Translations under genes and position numbers: made by a program
In this document: positions 1 through 9,375 of the stretch, piece after piece
Numbering within the stretch: the stretch's first letter is position 1
Layout of the letters: the number at the start of each line of letters is the position of its first letter
Source of the DNA: Patescibacteria group bacterium
Lineage (GTDB): Bacteria; Patescibacteriota; Patescibacteriia; UBA1558; GWA2-36-10
Direction of reading: 5' to 3'
Length of the DNA: 64,000 nucleotides
Assembly: GCA_041662585.1 (NCBI GenBank)
Contig: JBAZSG010000002.1
Coordinates: 81,525 to 145,524, forward strand
The notes under the pieces: model-generated
Told to the model about the DNA's origin: nothing
The model's input: the letters and a program-made list of their open reading frames with translations, nothing else
Databases searched by the model: none

Positions 1-727
1 TCAACGATGTATCAAAAGTTATATTATTATCTACACATTTTTGTTTTTCTATTTCTATTTTTACATCAACATTTTTAGCAAGTGTAGTAAAAAAATCATA
101 CATATTCATTTTTGGACCAACAACATGCAAAATCCCTCTATATTCACCCTGAGATATTTTCCATATTTCATTTGCCAAATCATCAACTAAGGTTGGACTT
201 CTAAACATATTAGTATAAACACTAACTTTTTTAGAATTTAATAAATTCATAGTACGTTTATCCCACTGTCCACCGCTTTTTCCATAAACATAAGAAGTAC
301 GAATTATTACATAATCATCCAAAACCTTTTCAATTTCCTCTTCTTCAATTAATTTTCCTTTGCCGTATTCAGTAATCGGATTTGGCTGGTCTTGCTCAAT
401 ATAATTTCCTTTCCGACCATCAAATATTGCATCTGAAGAAAGATGTATAAGTCTTGTGTTATTTTGTTTAGCATAAGTAACTATATTTTTGACTGCTTGT
501 GGCAAAGTTTTTGAAGTATTGATAATAATGTCTGATTTTATTTTTTCTAATACTTTTTTTGTTTTAGAACGATCTAATAAATCACATCTTTCCCAAACTA
601 CATCCGCAGCATCTTTAACTGATGTATTAAAAGTAGCAAAAAGAGAAATATCTTTTGGCTTTAATTCAATAAGTTTTGTTCCCACAAATCCGCTTCCACC
701 AAGAATTAATACTTTGTATTTTTCCAT
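1..727 (-). CDS. NAD(P)-binding sugar-nucleotide reductase/epimerase, RmlD (dTDP-4-dehydrorhamnose reductase)-like. Partial: the 3' end runs off the window start; the start codon is at 725-727.
   Basis: My own reverse-strand translation gives MEKYKVLILGGSGFVGTKL... (Rossmann GxxGxxG) and IIRTSYVYG (RmlD-like TSWVY motif). There is no in-frame stop before position 1. The provided ORF 489..761(+) is antisense to this gene and looks spurious. Confidence 0.5.
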   Translation of the reverse strand, partial: MEKYKVLILGGSGFVGTKLIELKPKDISLFATFNTSVKDAADVVWERCDLLDRSKTKKVLEKIKSDIIINTSKTLPQAVKNIVTYAKQNNTRLIHLSSDAIFDGRKGNYIEQDQPNPITEYGKGKLIEEEEIEKVLDDYVIIRTSYVYGKSGGQWDKRTMNLLNSKKVSVYTNMFRSPTLVDDLANEIWKISQGEYRGILHVVGPKMNMYDFFTTLAKNVDVKIEIEKQKCVDNNITFDTSL

Positions 728-799
728 ATTTCTATTCTATCAAAAAACAACCATAATATAAAGGTTGCTGGCTATGCCATCCGAAGCCTTAGCGAAGGA

Positions 800-874
800 T
801 GGTGACCCCACGGAGAATCGAACTCCGATTGCCAGGATGAAAACCTGGTGTCCTAACCGTTAGACGATGGGGCC
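800..874 (-). tRNA. tRNA-Glu (anticodon UUC)
   Basis: Reverse complement folds as a cloverleaf: GGCCCCA acceptor, anticodon loop TTTTCAT (anticodon TTC), T-loop TTCGATT, encoded CCA. Confidence 0.75.
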
Positions 875-929
875 AAATAATAGAACGTCCATATAATAAC
901 TAAAAATAAGTAAAAAGTCAATGTCCCAA

Positions 930-2729
930 CTATTCCACCGTCACACTTTTAGCTAGATTTCTAGGCTTATCAACATCCAAATTTTTTAAATCTGCTATAT
1001 GATAGGCCAATAATTGTAAAGGTATCACATTGATTACTGGAGACAACTCATCTAATGTCTCTGGTACTTCTATTATATGATTTACTATTTTACTTATTTC
1101 TTTGTCTTTTTTATTTACTATGGCAATGATATGCCCATTTCTAGCTTTGATCTCTTGAATATTAGAAATTATTTTTTGTGACAAAGTGCTTTTGGTGGCA
1201 ATAAAAACTACTGGCATATCTTGGTCAATTAAAGCAATTGGTCCGTGTTTTATCTCAGCAGCCGGATAACCCTCAGCATGAATATAAGATATTTCTTTTA
1301 GTTTAAGTGCACCTTCTAGAGCAACGGGAAAATTAAAACCTCTACCTAAATAAAGAAAGTTTTTGGCATCTTTAAATTCATGGGCGAGTTTGGCTATCTG
1401 CTTGTCCTGCTTAAGAGCTTGAGCAATTTTATCTGGAATAAGCTCCAGCTCTTTTAATATTTTTTTATCTACTTTGTGACCTAGCTCTTGTTTGATATAA
1501 AAAGAAAACAATGTCAAAGCCAAGACTTGTGAGGTAAAAGCCTTGGTAGAAGCCACACCAATTTCTGGTCCAACATGAAGATAAATACCCGAGTCTACTT
1601 CTCTAGTAATAGTAGAACCAACTACATTTACAATACCCAGCGTCTTAGCTTTTTTGCTTTTAGCTTCTTTAAGCGCAGCCAAAGTGTCAGCTGTTTCTCC
1701 CGATTGAGAAATAACAATCATTAGATCATCTGAGCCTATGATTGGATTGCGATAACGAAACTCTGAAGCATAATCAACCTCAGTTTTAATGCCAGTCATT
1801 GATTCTAATAAATATTTGCCAATCAAAGCACTGTGCCAAGAAGTACCACAAGCTACAATAACTATTCTTTTTATTTCCTTGATATCAAAGTTAATAGAAA
1901 GCTTAACTTGTCCATCTTTTATACGTCCACGCAAAGTATTGAGCAATACCTCTGGTTGTTCAAATATTTCTTTGAGCATAAAATGTTTATAGCCTTGCTT
2001 GGCTATCTGATCTACCGTCCATTTGATATCATGAATTTCTTTATTTATATTTTGACCATTTATATTTTTTATTTGATAGGAATCTTTTTTGATAATTGCT
2101 AATTCACCGTCACTCAAATAAATCACTTTTTTGGTATGCTCCAAAATAGCGGGCACATCTGAAGCTACAAACATTTCTCCTTTCCCTACACCAATAATAA
2201 GTGGTGATCCTCTACGAGCTACAATTATTTTTTCTTCGTCTTTATGAAGTACGGCTATACCATAAGCACCTTCTATGAGATTGAGAGCTTGTACTACTGC
2301 TTCTTCTAAATTTCCTTGGTAAAATTTTTCAATCAAATGAGCAATAACTTCTGAATCGGTATCTGATTTTATTTTATGACCATGTTTGATGAGCAGCTTT
2401 TTAAGAGCTTGATAATTTTCGATAATACCATTATGTACTATAGCAATTTGATTGTTACAGTCTAGATGAGGATGAGCATTTTTTTCATTTGGTTCTCCAT
2501 GAGTAGCCCAGCGAGTATGAGCAATACCCAAAACTGCTGATAAATTTTCAATATTTTTATCCTTGGCCAAATCAGCTATCTTACCTTTCTTTTTTATAGT
2601 CTTGAATTCTTTATTTTCCACTACACAAATACCAGCGCTATCATAACCACGATATTCAAGCTTAGCCAAACCATCCATGAGTATTGGTGCTGTTTTTTGA
2701 GAACCGATATAACCTATTATTCCACACAT
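930..2729 (-). CDS. glmS: glutamine--fructose-6-phosphate aminotransferase (isomerizing)
   Basis: 599 aa. N-terminal MCGIIGYIG (Ntn Cys after Met), two SIS domains, C-terminal ...SVTVE typical of GlmS. Confidence 0.95.
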   Translation of the reverse strand: MCGIIGYIGSQKTAPILMDGLAKLEYRGYDSAGICVVENKEFKTIKKKGKIADLAKDKNIENLSAVLGIAHTRWATHGEPNEKNAHPHLDCNNQIAIVHNGIIENYQALKKLLIKHGHKIKSDTDSEVIAHLIEKFYQGNLEEAVVQALNLIEGAYGIAVLHKDEEKIIVARRGSPLIIGVGKGEMFVASDVPAILEHTKKVIYLSDGELAIIKKDSYQIKNINGQNINKEIHDIKWTVDQIAKQGYKHFMLKEIFEQPEVLLNTLRGRIKDGQVKLSINFDIKEIKRIVIVACGTSWHSALIGKYLLESMTGIKTEVDYASEFRYRNPIIGSDDLMIVISQSGETADTLAALKEAKSKKAKTLGIVNVVGSTITREVDSGIYLHVGPEIGVASTKAFTSQVLALTLFSFYIKQELGHKVDKKILKELELIPDKIAQALKQDKQIAKLAHEFKDAKNFLYLGRGFNFPVALEGALKLKEISYIHAEGYPAAEIKHGPIALIDQDMPVVFIATKSTLSQKIISNIQEIKARNGHIIAIVNKKDKEISKIVNHIIEVPETLDELSPVINVIPLQLLAYHIADLKNLDVDKPRNLAKSVTVE

Positions 2730-2733
2730 ATAA

Positions 2734-3378
2734 TTATTTGTTTAATATTTTTCTATAAACTCTTAATATTATTGGTGGAGTATACATTCTAATAAGCTCT
2801 TTCCAACTACTTCTAAATATACTACTTTCTCTATTTTGCCAAGTTTTAAATTTACTTAAAAATTGATTCATTAAATCATCAGAGATTTTATTTTTAAATC
2901 CTATTCCAACAACAGTGTGAGGGAAAGTTTTATCTCCTGCAAAACCTACAAATGATGAAGCAAATGGTTTAAGAAGACTTTTAAATGCTTCTGGTGTAAA
3001 ACGCCAATAATCGTATGGATGATCATGTATTTGAAAATTCATAACCGAACTAATTATCAATAAACCATTGGGTTTCAAAATTCTATATGCTTCTTCTACG
3101 GCCTTACGTGGATATTCAACATGTTCTAATGTATCTACAATTATCACTGTGCCGACTGAGCTTGATGGTAAATCTATTTTATGAAGATTTAATACAATAT
3201 CAACGCCCACTCCAGGACGCATATCTGCACCAATGAATTTTTTATTTTTAAAAAATGGTCTAAGATCAGCTATTTTTTCCTGCCCCAAAACCCTTAGAGA
3301 ACCAAACTCATAAATTGTTTCTTGAATTGGTAGTGTTTCTGAACATATTTGTACAAATTGTTTAATTAATTTTCTCAT
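2734..3378 (-). CDS. class I SAM-dependent methyltransferase
   Basis: 214 aa. Motif I-like G.D..PGVGVD and the LEHVEYP...LKPNGLLIISS pattern of the Methyltransf_11/12 fold. Stop is 4 nt from the glmS start. Confidence 0.65.
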   Translation of the reverse strand: MRKLIKQFVQICSETLPIQETIYEFGSLRVLGQEKIADLRPFFKNKKFIGADMRPGVGVDIVLNLHKIDLPSSSVGTVIIVDTLEHVEYPRKAVEEAYRILKPNGLLIISSVMNFQIHDHPYDYWRFTPEAFKSLLKPFASSFVGFAGDKTFPHTVVGIGFKNKISDDLMNQFLSKFKTWQNRESSIFRSSWKELIRMYTPPIILRVYRKILNK

Positions 3379-3389
3379 AAATATTTTTA

Positions 3390-5246
3390 TTACTTTTTAA
3401 TATTTTGTCTAACAATTACTAAATAAGCCGGGCTTAAATCAAGGCTAATAAATAATTTTTGTAATATATAAAATGGTAGCACAAAAAGCCCATTAAAGAA
3501 AAATTTAAATTTACCCTCTATGCTTCTATCTAGCCCACTTCGAGTGGTATTGGCATTTTTTGAAAACATGACTTTATCTTTTTTAATCAATTTTTTCCTA
3601 ATAAGCCATAGTATATTAGTCAAAGGAAAGCCATAATTATAAAATTTTATAATTTCAAAATTATTTTGCTCAAACAACTTTATCAAACTCTTTTTTTCAT
3701 AACGACGATAATGCCCCGCCCATTCATCCAATATGCTCCACTGCTTTTGATGGGCTGGTACTGACATAATAAATATGCCCCCTTGAGTCAATAATTGATT
3801 TATTTTATTTATAGCAGCTTTATCATCTTCTATGTGTTCCAATACTTCCAAAGCAACTATCAATTGATATTTATCTTTTTCTTCACTCTGTAAAAAATCT
3901 TTCAGCTCAAATTTTATTTTTGGCTGATTGACATTGTAGCTGGCAACCTCAACAGCCTCTTGACCAATATCCATACCTATTCCAGAAATAAAATACGGAC
4001 TAAGGCTAGCTATCAGATCGCCACTGCCGATGCCTATTTCCAAAAAATTATTTATCCTAATTTTATTTTTTTGTATATATTCTAAAATAATTTTTTTTCG
4101 CATAATATAAGCTGGCGTTGGTACCCAAGTAGATTTTGGTTTGTAGGTTAAAATATCTTTAAATGCTTTACCAATTTTGGCTATAGTAAAATTATTATAA
4201 AATAAATCAAAAGCTCCTTGTGATATCTTATCAGCCAATAAAGTGTTATTTTTTAACATGAGAATTTTTTCGGCTAAAACTTGAGGATTTTCTGCTGGGC
4301 AAAATAAACAATTTTCCTGATCTACAAAACCAGCCGTCACAGAAGTCTGACAATCTACAATTATTACTGGCCGTTTCATCGCTATCATTTGAAATACTTT
4401 GTTGGCTACTACTCTTTTCCCTTTTTGACTAGCTCCAAAATGACCACCAATACAGACGTCTGCCTGAGCTATCTTGTCTGATAACTTGTCAAAGGCTACC
4501 CAATCTACAAACTTAATATTTTCTATATTTAGCTTTTTGGCTAATGCAAGCATTTGACTATGCAATTGTCCTATACCAATTATCTCAAATTCTATAGATT
4601 TATCTTGAGCTAAAATTTTAGCTGCTTTTATAATAATATCTACACCGTGAATAGGAGAAAATTTGCCATAAAATAAAACTTTAAATTTATCACTACTTTC
4701 TTTTGCCAATGGAAAAAATTTGCTTTCATCTGCACCAATATATACGTGTGGCAATTTTTGTCGTGTTATTTTAAATTTTTTGGCAAAATAATCAGCATGC
4801 TCTGAAGTATCCAAAATTATTTTATCTGCCAAATTACAAGAAAAACGATCCAGAAAATATAAAGCCTTTTTTAGCAAAAAATTTTTAGTAACTTGCCTAT
4901 CGTCAATCATCGTGTCATAAATAGAGAGCATTGGATTGAAAATAATTTTCTTTCTAAAAAATAAAGCTCTAGCCAAAAACATATCTAGTTGTCCAGGATA
5001 ACCCACTATAATACAATCCACTTGTCCAACAAAAAATCTTTTGATTATTAATTGAATATAAGCTAAAAAAATATTAATCAACAATAATACTTTTTTAAGT
5101 ATATTTAGATTTATCTTATTTTCAAATTTGGCATACAAATCAACATGACACTCTACTACTTCTACATCATTGGCAATCAGACCATTAATAACATTTCGGT
5201 TACGTGGATAATTTTTTTCATATGTACCAAAATAACAAACTCTCAT
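3390..5246 (-). CDS. bifunctional glycosyltransferase (GT-B, GT4-like) with a C-terminal SAM-dependent methyltransferase domain
   Basis: 618 aa. N-terminal about 400 aa have a GT-B retaining-GT-like C-terminal half (FYGKFSPIHGVD...GIGQL...). C-terminal about 200 aa have LEIGIGSGDL...LEVLEHIED...GGIFIMSVP (class I MTase). Confidence 0.6.
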   Translation of the reverse strand: MRVCYFGTYEKNYPRNRNVINGLIANDVEVVECHVDLYAKFENKINLNILKKVLLLINIFLAYIQLIIKRFFVGQVDCIIVGYPGQLDMFLARALFFRKKIIFNPMLSIYDTMIDDRQVTKNFLLKKALYFLDRFSCNLADKIILDTSEHADYFAKKFKITRQKLPHVYIGADESKFFPLAKESSDKFKVLFYGKFSPIHGVDIIIKAAKILAQDKSIEFEIIGIGQLHSQMLALAKKLNIENIKFVDWVAFDKLSDKIAQADVCIGGHFGASQKGKRVVANKVFQMIAMKRPVIIVDCQTSVTAGFVDQENCLFCPAENPQVLAEKILMLKNNTLLADKISQGAFDLFYNNFTIAKIGKAFKDILTYKPKSTWVPTPAYIMRKKIILEYIQKNKIRINNFLEIGIGSGDLIASLSPYFISGIGMDIGQEAVEVASYNVNQPKIKFELKDFLQSEEKDKYQLIVALEVLEHIEDDKAAINKINQLLTQGGIFIMSVPAHQKQWSILDEWAGHYRRYEKKSLIKLFEQNNFEIIKFYNYGFPLTNILWLIRKKLIKKDKVMFSKNANTTRSGLDRSIEGKFKFFFNGLFVLPFYILQKLFISLDLSPAYLVIVRQNIKK

Positions 5247-5267
5247 AATTTAATTCTATATATTATA

Positions 5268-6623
5268 TTAAAATAAAATACTGGAACGGATCAAATGCAA
5301 TACTACAATAATAGGTGGTATTGGAAAAACTTGACCAAATTTTTCAAATATAGCTCCTGGAGGCCAAGGATCATAAGCTCCTATGATAGCCACTAGGGCT
5401 GACCAAATGAAAAATACAATAACTATAAGAGTCAACTTTTTATTCCATGTCTCCTGACACAAAAATATAGTAAAAAAATAAATCAGTGGTGTAATAGCTA
5501 TAAACCAGCGAAATCCATAAGCGCTACCTCCATAATCTCTGGCAAAAATTGTATAAAAAACTGTGATTACTAACAAAGCAAACAAAATCATCAGTGCCTC
5601 CCACCTAAAAGCTGTTTTTTCTTTAATATTTTTGTAAATACTATAAAAAGATACAAACAATAAAGGAGTATAAACAAAAAATCCGTGAGTGCCTATAAAA
5701 ATATTAAAAATATACATATACCAAGGGGTCTGAGTAAAATATGTGGAGAGAATAGGCTCATTATCAGGACCTATCCAATATTGTTTATAAGCTTGAGCAG
5801 GTAATAAACCACCAAAGGCCTGATAATTAAAATACGAATGAACAGAAAATATTATTACTGCTGGCCATAGGTAATAAAATATTTTTTTAAAACCAATTTT
5901 GTTTAAAAAATAAATAAAAAACATAGCAAAAAAAGTAAGTCCAACTGGCACATCTATTGTGGCTGCTAAGCTAACGAGTAAACCAACCAAAGATAAATAC
6001 TTGTTTAATTTAATTGGATTATAGCCTTCTTTTTTTATTAATAGTAAATAATAAAAAGCTATAAAAAGTAATGCTCCAGCTATAGTATGGTTATTAAGGG
6101 TAATAGCATAAGAAAAAAATAAGGTTCCCAATCCCAATCCCAATATAAGTGGCAGATGATACTCTTTTTTTATCGAAAACAGCTTGATGGCTTTATAAAA
6201 ATACAAAAGCATCAACCAAAAAGTAAAACCAACAAAAATAAGAGATGTGACATAAACTGTAGGATAAAGAGAAAAATAATAATTTAATTTATTGACTTCA
6301 TTGAATTCAGGAAAATCTTGACCAAAAAAATTATGACTTACATAATAAACAGAAGATGCCGCCACAGATAAAATTGGTGGTTTGGATGAATAATAGTGCC
6401 CGTCTCTGTATATCATATCATCGCTAGCCTCATGTTTTTCATCAATAATAAAACTATTATTTTCTACTATAGACTCTATGGTCAAATAACGTGAAACTAT
6501 ATTAAAAGTATTTAAATATGGCTCTGTAAATAACATCAAAAACAACGCAAAAAGAAAAAAAGCCAATGCTATATGGCGCTTATATTTATCTTCTCTCAAA
6601 CTTATAAAATATTCTTTAAGCAT
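5268..6623 (-). CDS. polytopic membrane glycosyltransferase, GT-C fold (ArnT/PMT-like)
   Basis: 451 aa with more than 10 predicted TM helices. First extracytoplasmic loop has D/E-rich and GHYYSSKPP motifs resembling GT39/GT83 ArnT-PMT enzymes. Immediately downstream of, and abutting, the GT2 polyprenyl-phosphate sugar synthase. Confidence 0.5.
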   Translation of the reverse strand: MLKEYFISLREDKYKRHIALAFFLFALFLMLFTEPYLNTFNIVSRYLTIESIVENNSFIIDEKHEASDDMIYRDGHYYSSKPPILSVAASSVYYVSHNFFGQDFPEFNEVNKLNYYFSLYPTVYVTSLIFVGFTFWLMLLYFYKAIKLFSIKKEYHLPLILGLGLGTLFFSYAITLNNHTIAGALLFIAFYYLLLIKKEGYNPIKLNKYLSLVGLLVSLAATIDVPVGLTFFAMFFIYFLNKIGFKKIFYYLWPAVIIFSVHSYFNYQAFGGLLPAQAYKQYWIGPDNEPILSTYFTQTPWYMYIFNIFIGTHGFFVYTPLLFVSFYSIYKNIKEKTAFRWEALMILFALLVITVFYTIFARDYGGSAYGFRWFIAITPLIYFFTIFLCQETWNKKLTLIVIVFFIWSALVAIIGAYDPWPPGAIFEKFGQVFPIPPIIVVLHLIRSSILF

Positions 6624-7549
6624 TATTTTTTTATATACTCATCTTTATCTTTTGATAAATTTTCTTTGACAATAAGCTCTCCCAAAAACCCCATGGAAAC
6701 AAGTTGTATGCCAATAATAATAAGTAATATTCCCAAAAACAATAATGGCCTATTGCCAATACCCTCTCCCATAAACCAAAGAACAGTTAAGTACAAAGAT
6801 ATTAGTATACCCAGAGCAAAAGAAATGAGTCCTAAATTGCCAAAAAAATGAGCTGGTTTTTTTTGATACCGAGTTATAAAAACCACATTGATAGGATCCA
6901 AAATATAATTACTGAGTCTTCTTAAGCCAAGGTGCCCATATTTTGACTCACCAAATTGACGAGCATGATGTTTTATTTTTATTTCTCCGACTTTAAAACC
7001 TTGTTGATGAGCTAAAAAAGGCAAAAATCTATGTAGCTCTCCGTAAACTTCTATATTTTTTACTACTGTCTGTCTATATATTTTAAAACCACAGTTGAAA
7101 TCGTGAATTTTTAAACCAGACAAAAAAGCTACCGTAAAATTAAAAATTTTAGAAGATAATACTTTGACAAAAGGATCTTGTCTATTTTGTTTCCAGCCAG
7201 AGACCAAATCATAGCCAGTATTAATATATTCTATAAATCTGGGTATCTCTTCTGGATCATCTTGTAAATCAGCGTCCATAGTAATTACCAATTTTCCATT
7301 GACCTTACTAAAAGCAACTGCTAAAGCGGTTGACTTACCAAAATTCCTTTTATGAGCTATAAGCCTCACATGTTGGTCTTGAGTTGCTATTTCATTTAAT
7401 ATTTCTGCTGACTTATCTCTTGAACCATCGTCAATATATAAAATTTCATAGCTAAGATTAAGCTTGGCTAATACTTTTGTTAATTTTTCATTTAATTCCC
7501 TCAACGATCCTTCTTCATTATATAGAGGAATAACTACACTTAAGTCCAT
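6623..7549 (-). CDS. GT2 polyprenyl-phosphate glycosyltransferase (DPM1/ArnC-like)
   Basis: 308 aa. VVIPLYNEEGSL, YIDDGSRDKS, MDADLQDDP (DxD) motifs plus two C-terminal TM helices, as in dolichol/undecaprenyl-phosphate mannose or glucose synthases. Confidence 0.8.
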   Translation of the reverse strand: MDLSVVIPLYNEEGSLRELNEKLTKVLAKLNLSYEILYIDDGSRDKSAEILNEIATQDQHVRLIAHKRNFGKSTALAVAFSKVNGKLVITMDADLQDDPEEIPRFIEYINTGYDLVSGWKQNRQDPFVKVLSSKIFNFTVAFLSGLKIHDFNCGFKIYRQTVVKNIEVYGELHRFLPFLAHQQGFKVGEIKIKHHARQFGESKYGHLGLRRLSNYILDPINVVFITRYQKKPAHFFGNLGLISFALGILISLYLTVLWFMGEGIGNRPLLFLGILLIIIGIQLVSMGFLGELIVKENLSKDKDEYIKK

Positions 7550-7640
7550 AAAAAGCTTGATTATTTAATATACTAGCTATCTAAATAAGTATCTATATCA
7601 TACCTTGTTTTAATTGATTATTCAATAAAGAAGCAAAGTC

Positions 7641-7680
7641 TGATATAATAGCAATATAAGCATTTCCACCATAGGTGGAA
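7641..7680 (+). promoter_or_regulatory. extended -10 (TGATATAAT, 7641-7649) followed by a perfect palindrome TTCCACC-ATA-GGTGGAA (7664-7680) in the leader of the 7696 gene
   Basis: Read directly in the divergent intergenic region 7550-7695. Confidence 0.3.
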
Positions 7681-7695
7681 TAAACAAACAATTAT

Positions 7696-8337
7696 ATGGC
7701 TGAAACAAAAACTATAAATAAAGCTGTGGAGCCTGAACAAACAAGTTCATTGGCTCCAACTTTAGACACTAACAAAAAAAATCAAAGCTCTGTTTTTGGT
7801 AAAAGTGAATTATTGAATGCCCATCAAATACTGACTCAAACACTGGGTTTAAAACTAGGCAACAGAATCGCTGACTTGGGAGCAGGCGGAGGTTTATTTA
7901 CTCTTCAGGCAGCTCGTTTGGTTGGCGACCAAGGTCAAGTTTATGCTGTAGACATTATCAAAAATATTTTATCAGACATAGACTCCAAAGCTCGTATGGC
8001 CGGCTTATATAATATCAAAACTATTTGGTCTAATATTGAAATACTAGGGGCTACAAAAATTCCGGAAAATACCTTGGACTTTGTAATGCTAGTTAATGTT
8101 TTATTTCAATCCAAAGACACCGGCCAAATGATAAAAGAAGCTAATAGGCTATTAAAAAGTGGTGGGAAAATGCTAATCATTGATTGGAATGATTCTAACA
8201 TTGGTATGGGTCCTCAAAAAAGTAAACAAATAGATCCTAATAGCCTTATAAATCAAGCTACAAAAATAAATCTCACACTCGAACAACAATTTGTAGCTGG
8301 AGAGTATCACTTTGGGCTAATATTTATAAAAATATAA
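7696..8337 (+). CDS. SAM-dependent methyltransferase
   Basis: 213 aa. DLGAGGGLFTLQAA..VYAVDI (motif I and post-I acidic residue). Low-complexity N-terminal 50 aa, so the true start may be downstream. Confidence 0.5.
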   Translation: MAETKTINKAVEPEQTSSLAPTLDTNKKNQSSVFGKSELLNAHQILTQTLGLKLGNRIADLGAGGGLFTLQAARLVGDQGQVYAVDIIKNILSDIDSKARMAGLYNIKTIWSNIEILGATKIPENTLDFVMLVNVLFQSKDTGQMIKEANRLLKSGGKMLIIDWNDSNIGMGPQKSKQIDPNSLINQATKINLTLEQQFVAGEYHFGLIFIKI

Positions 8338-8408
8338 ACAACTAAAACAGCTCTTGACTAGGGTTGTTTTTTTATCTAATATTCAACATAATAAAATAAA
8401 TAATAACT

Positions 8409-8816
8409 ATGATTAATCTAGATAAACTTTTTGACCTATCCTATATGTTTAACCGCTTTCCTCCAGCTGGCTTTTCCTGGCCAATTAGGCTAGTTTTGTT
8501 GATTATAATTGTGGTTTCTATAATTTTGGCAGTATATGCTGGTAAAAAAATCCAACAAAGGGGCTTGCAAAAAAAACTATGGCAAAAAATACAAGTTTGG
8601 AGCTGGACCAATGGATTGGTGAGTTTGGTATTTGTATATTTTAGAGAAGTGAGAGCCTTATACCTTAGTGCTCGTGGCTGGTTTTTACTATTTATTATTA
8701 TCATGATAATTTGGTTGGCTTTTATTATCAAATTTGCCAAAACCAAAATTCCTGACAAAGAAGCTCGTGAAAAAAAAGAACAAGAATTTGATAAGTGGTT
8801 ACCAAAAAGAAAATAA
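8409..8816 (+). CDS. small membrane protein, hypothetical
   Basis: 135 aa, 3 predicted TM helices, Lys-rich C-terminus. Confidence 0.35.
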   Translation: MINLDKLFDLSYMFNRFPPAGFSWPIRLVLLIIIVVSIILAVYAGKKIQQRGLQKKLWQKIQVWSWTNGLVSLVFVYFREVRALYLSARGWFLLFIIIMIIWLAFIIKFAKTKIPDKEAREKKEQEFDKWLPKRK

Positions 8817-8852
8817 TCTAACAAATAAAAACAGGCTTAATAATCTGTTTTT

Positions 8853-9197
8853 ATGTTTTATAAAAAACTATTGGGTCAAAAAGGTGAAGAAATTGCCCTA
8901 AAATATTATCAAAAACTTGGTTATAAATTAATTATACAAAATTACTATAGTCGTTATGGTGAATTAGACTTGGTTTTTAGCAAAAATAAAGAAATAACTG
9001 TAGTTGAAGTCAAAACCAGAATTGGCGAGCAATTTTCTTGGGCTGAAGAAAGTATCAATGCCAAAAAAATAAACAATATTTATATCACTTATCAAAAACT
9101 AGCCAAAAATAAAAAACTACCTGAATTTTTTTATCTAGAGGCTTTGATTATTGAAATAAACAATAAAACAGCCACGATTCGTAGATATCAGATATAA
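8853..9197 (+). CDS. yraN: YraN/UPF0102 family endonuclease
   Basis: 114 aa. GQKGEEIALKYY...YGELDLVF...VVEVKTR matches the YraN restriction-endonuclease-like fold signature. Confidence 0.7.
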   Translation: MFYKKLLGQKGEEIALKYYQKLGYKLIIQNYYSRYGELDLVFSKNKEITVVEVKTRIGEQFSWAEESINAKKINNIYITYQKLAKNKKLPEFFYLEALIIEINNKTATIRRYQI

Positions 9198-9375
9198 AAA
9201 CTAAATATTCGCAATTTTAATATTTTGCTATAAAATTATATACTTATTGACTAAATATATAAAAAGGGTTATTATATATCTATTAAAGTTAGTTTACTAC
9301 TGTAGACTAGCTCTTTTTTATCCTTAGTATCAAGAATACTGGATATATTAAATCATAAATAATTAAACAAAAATT

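Noticed and set aside
489-761. Provided + strand ORF (90 aa)
   Set aside because: Antisense to a much better minus-strand RmlD-like CDS (1-727). Low-complexity translation.
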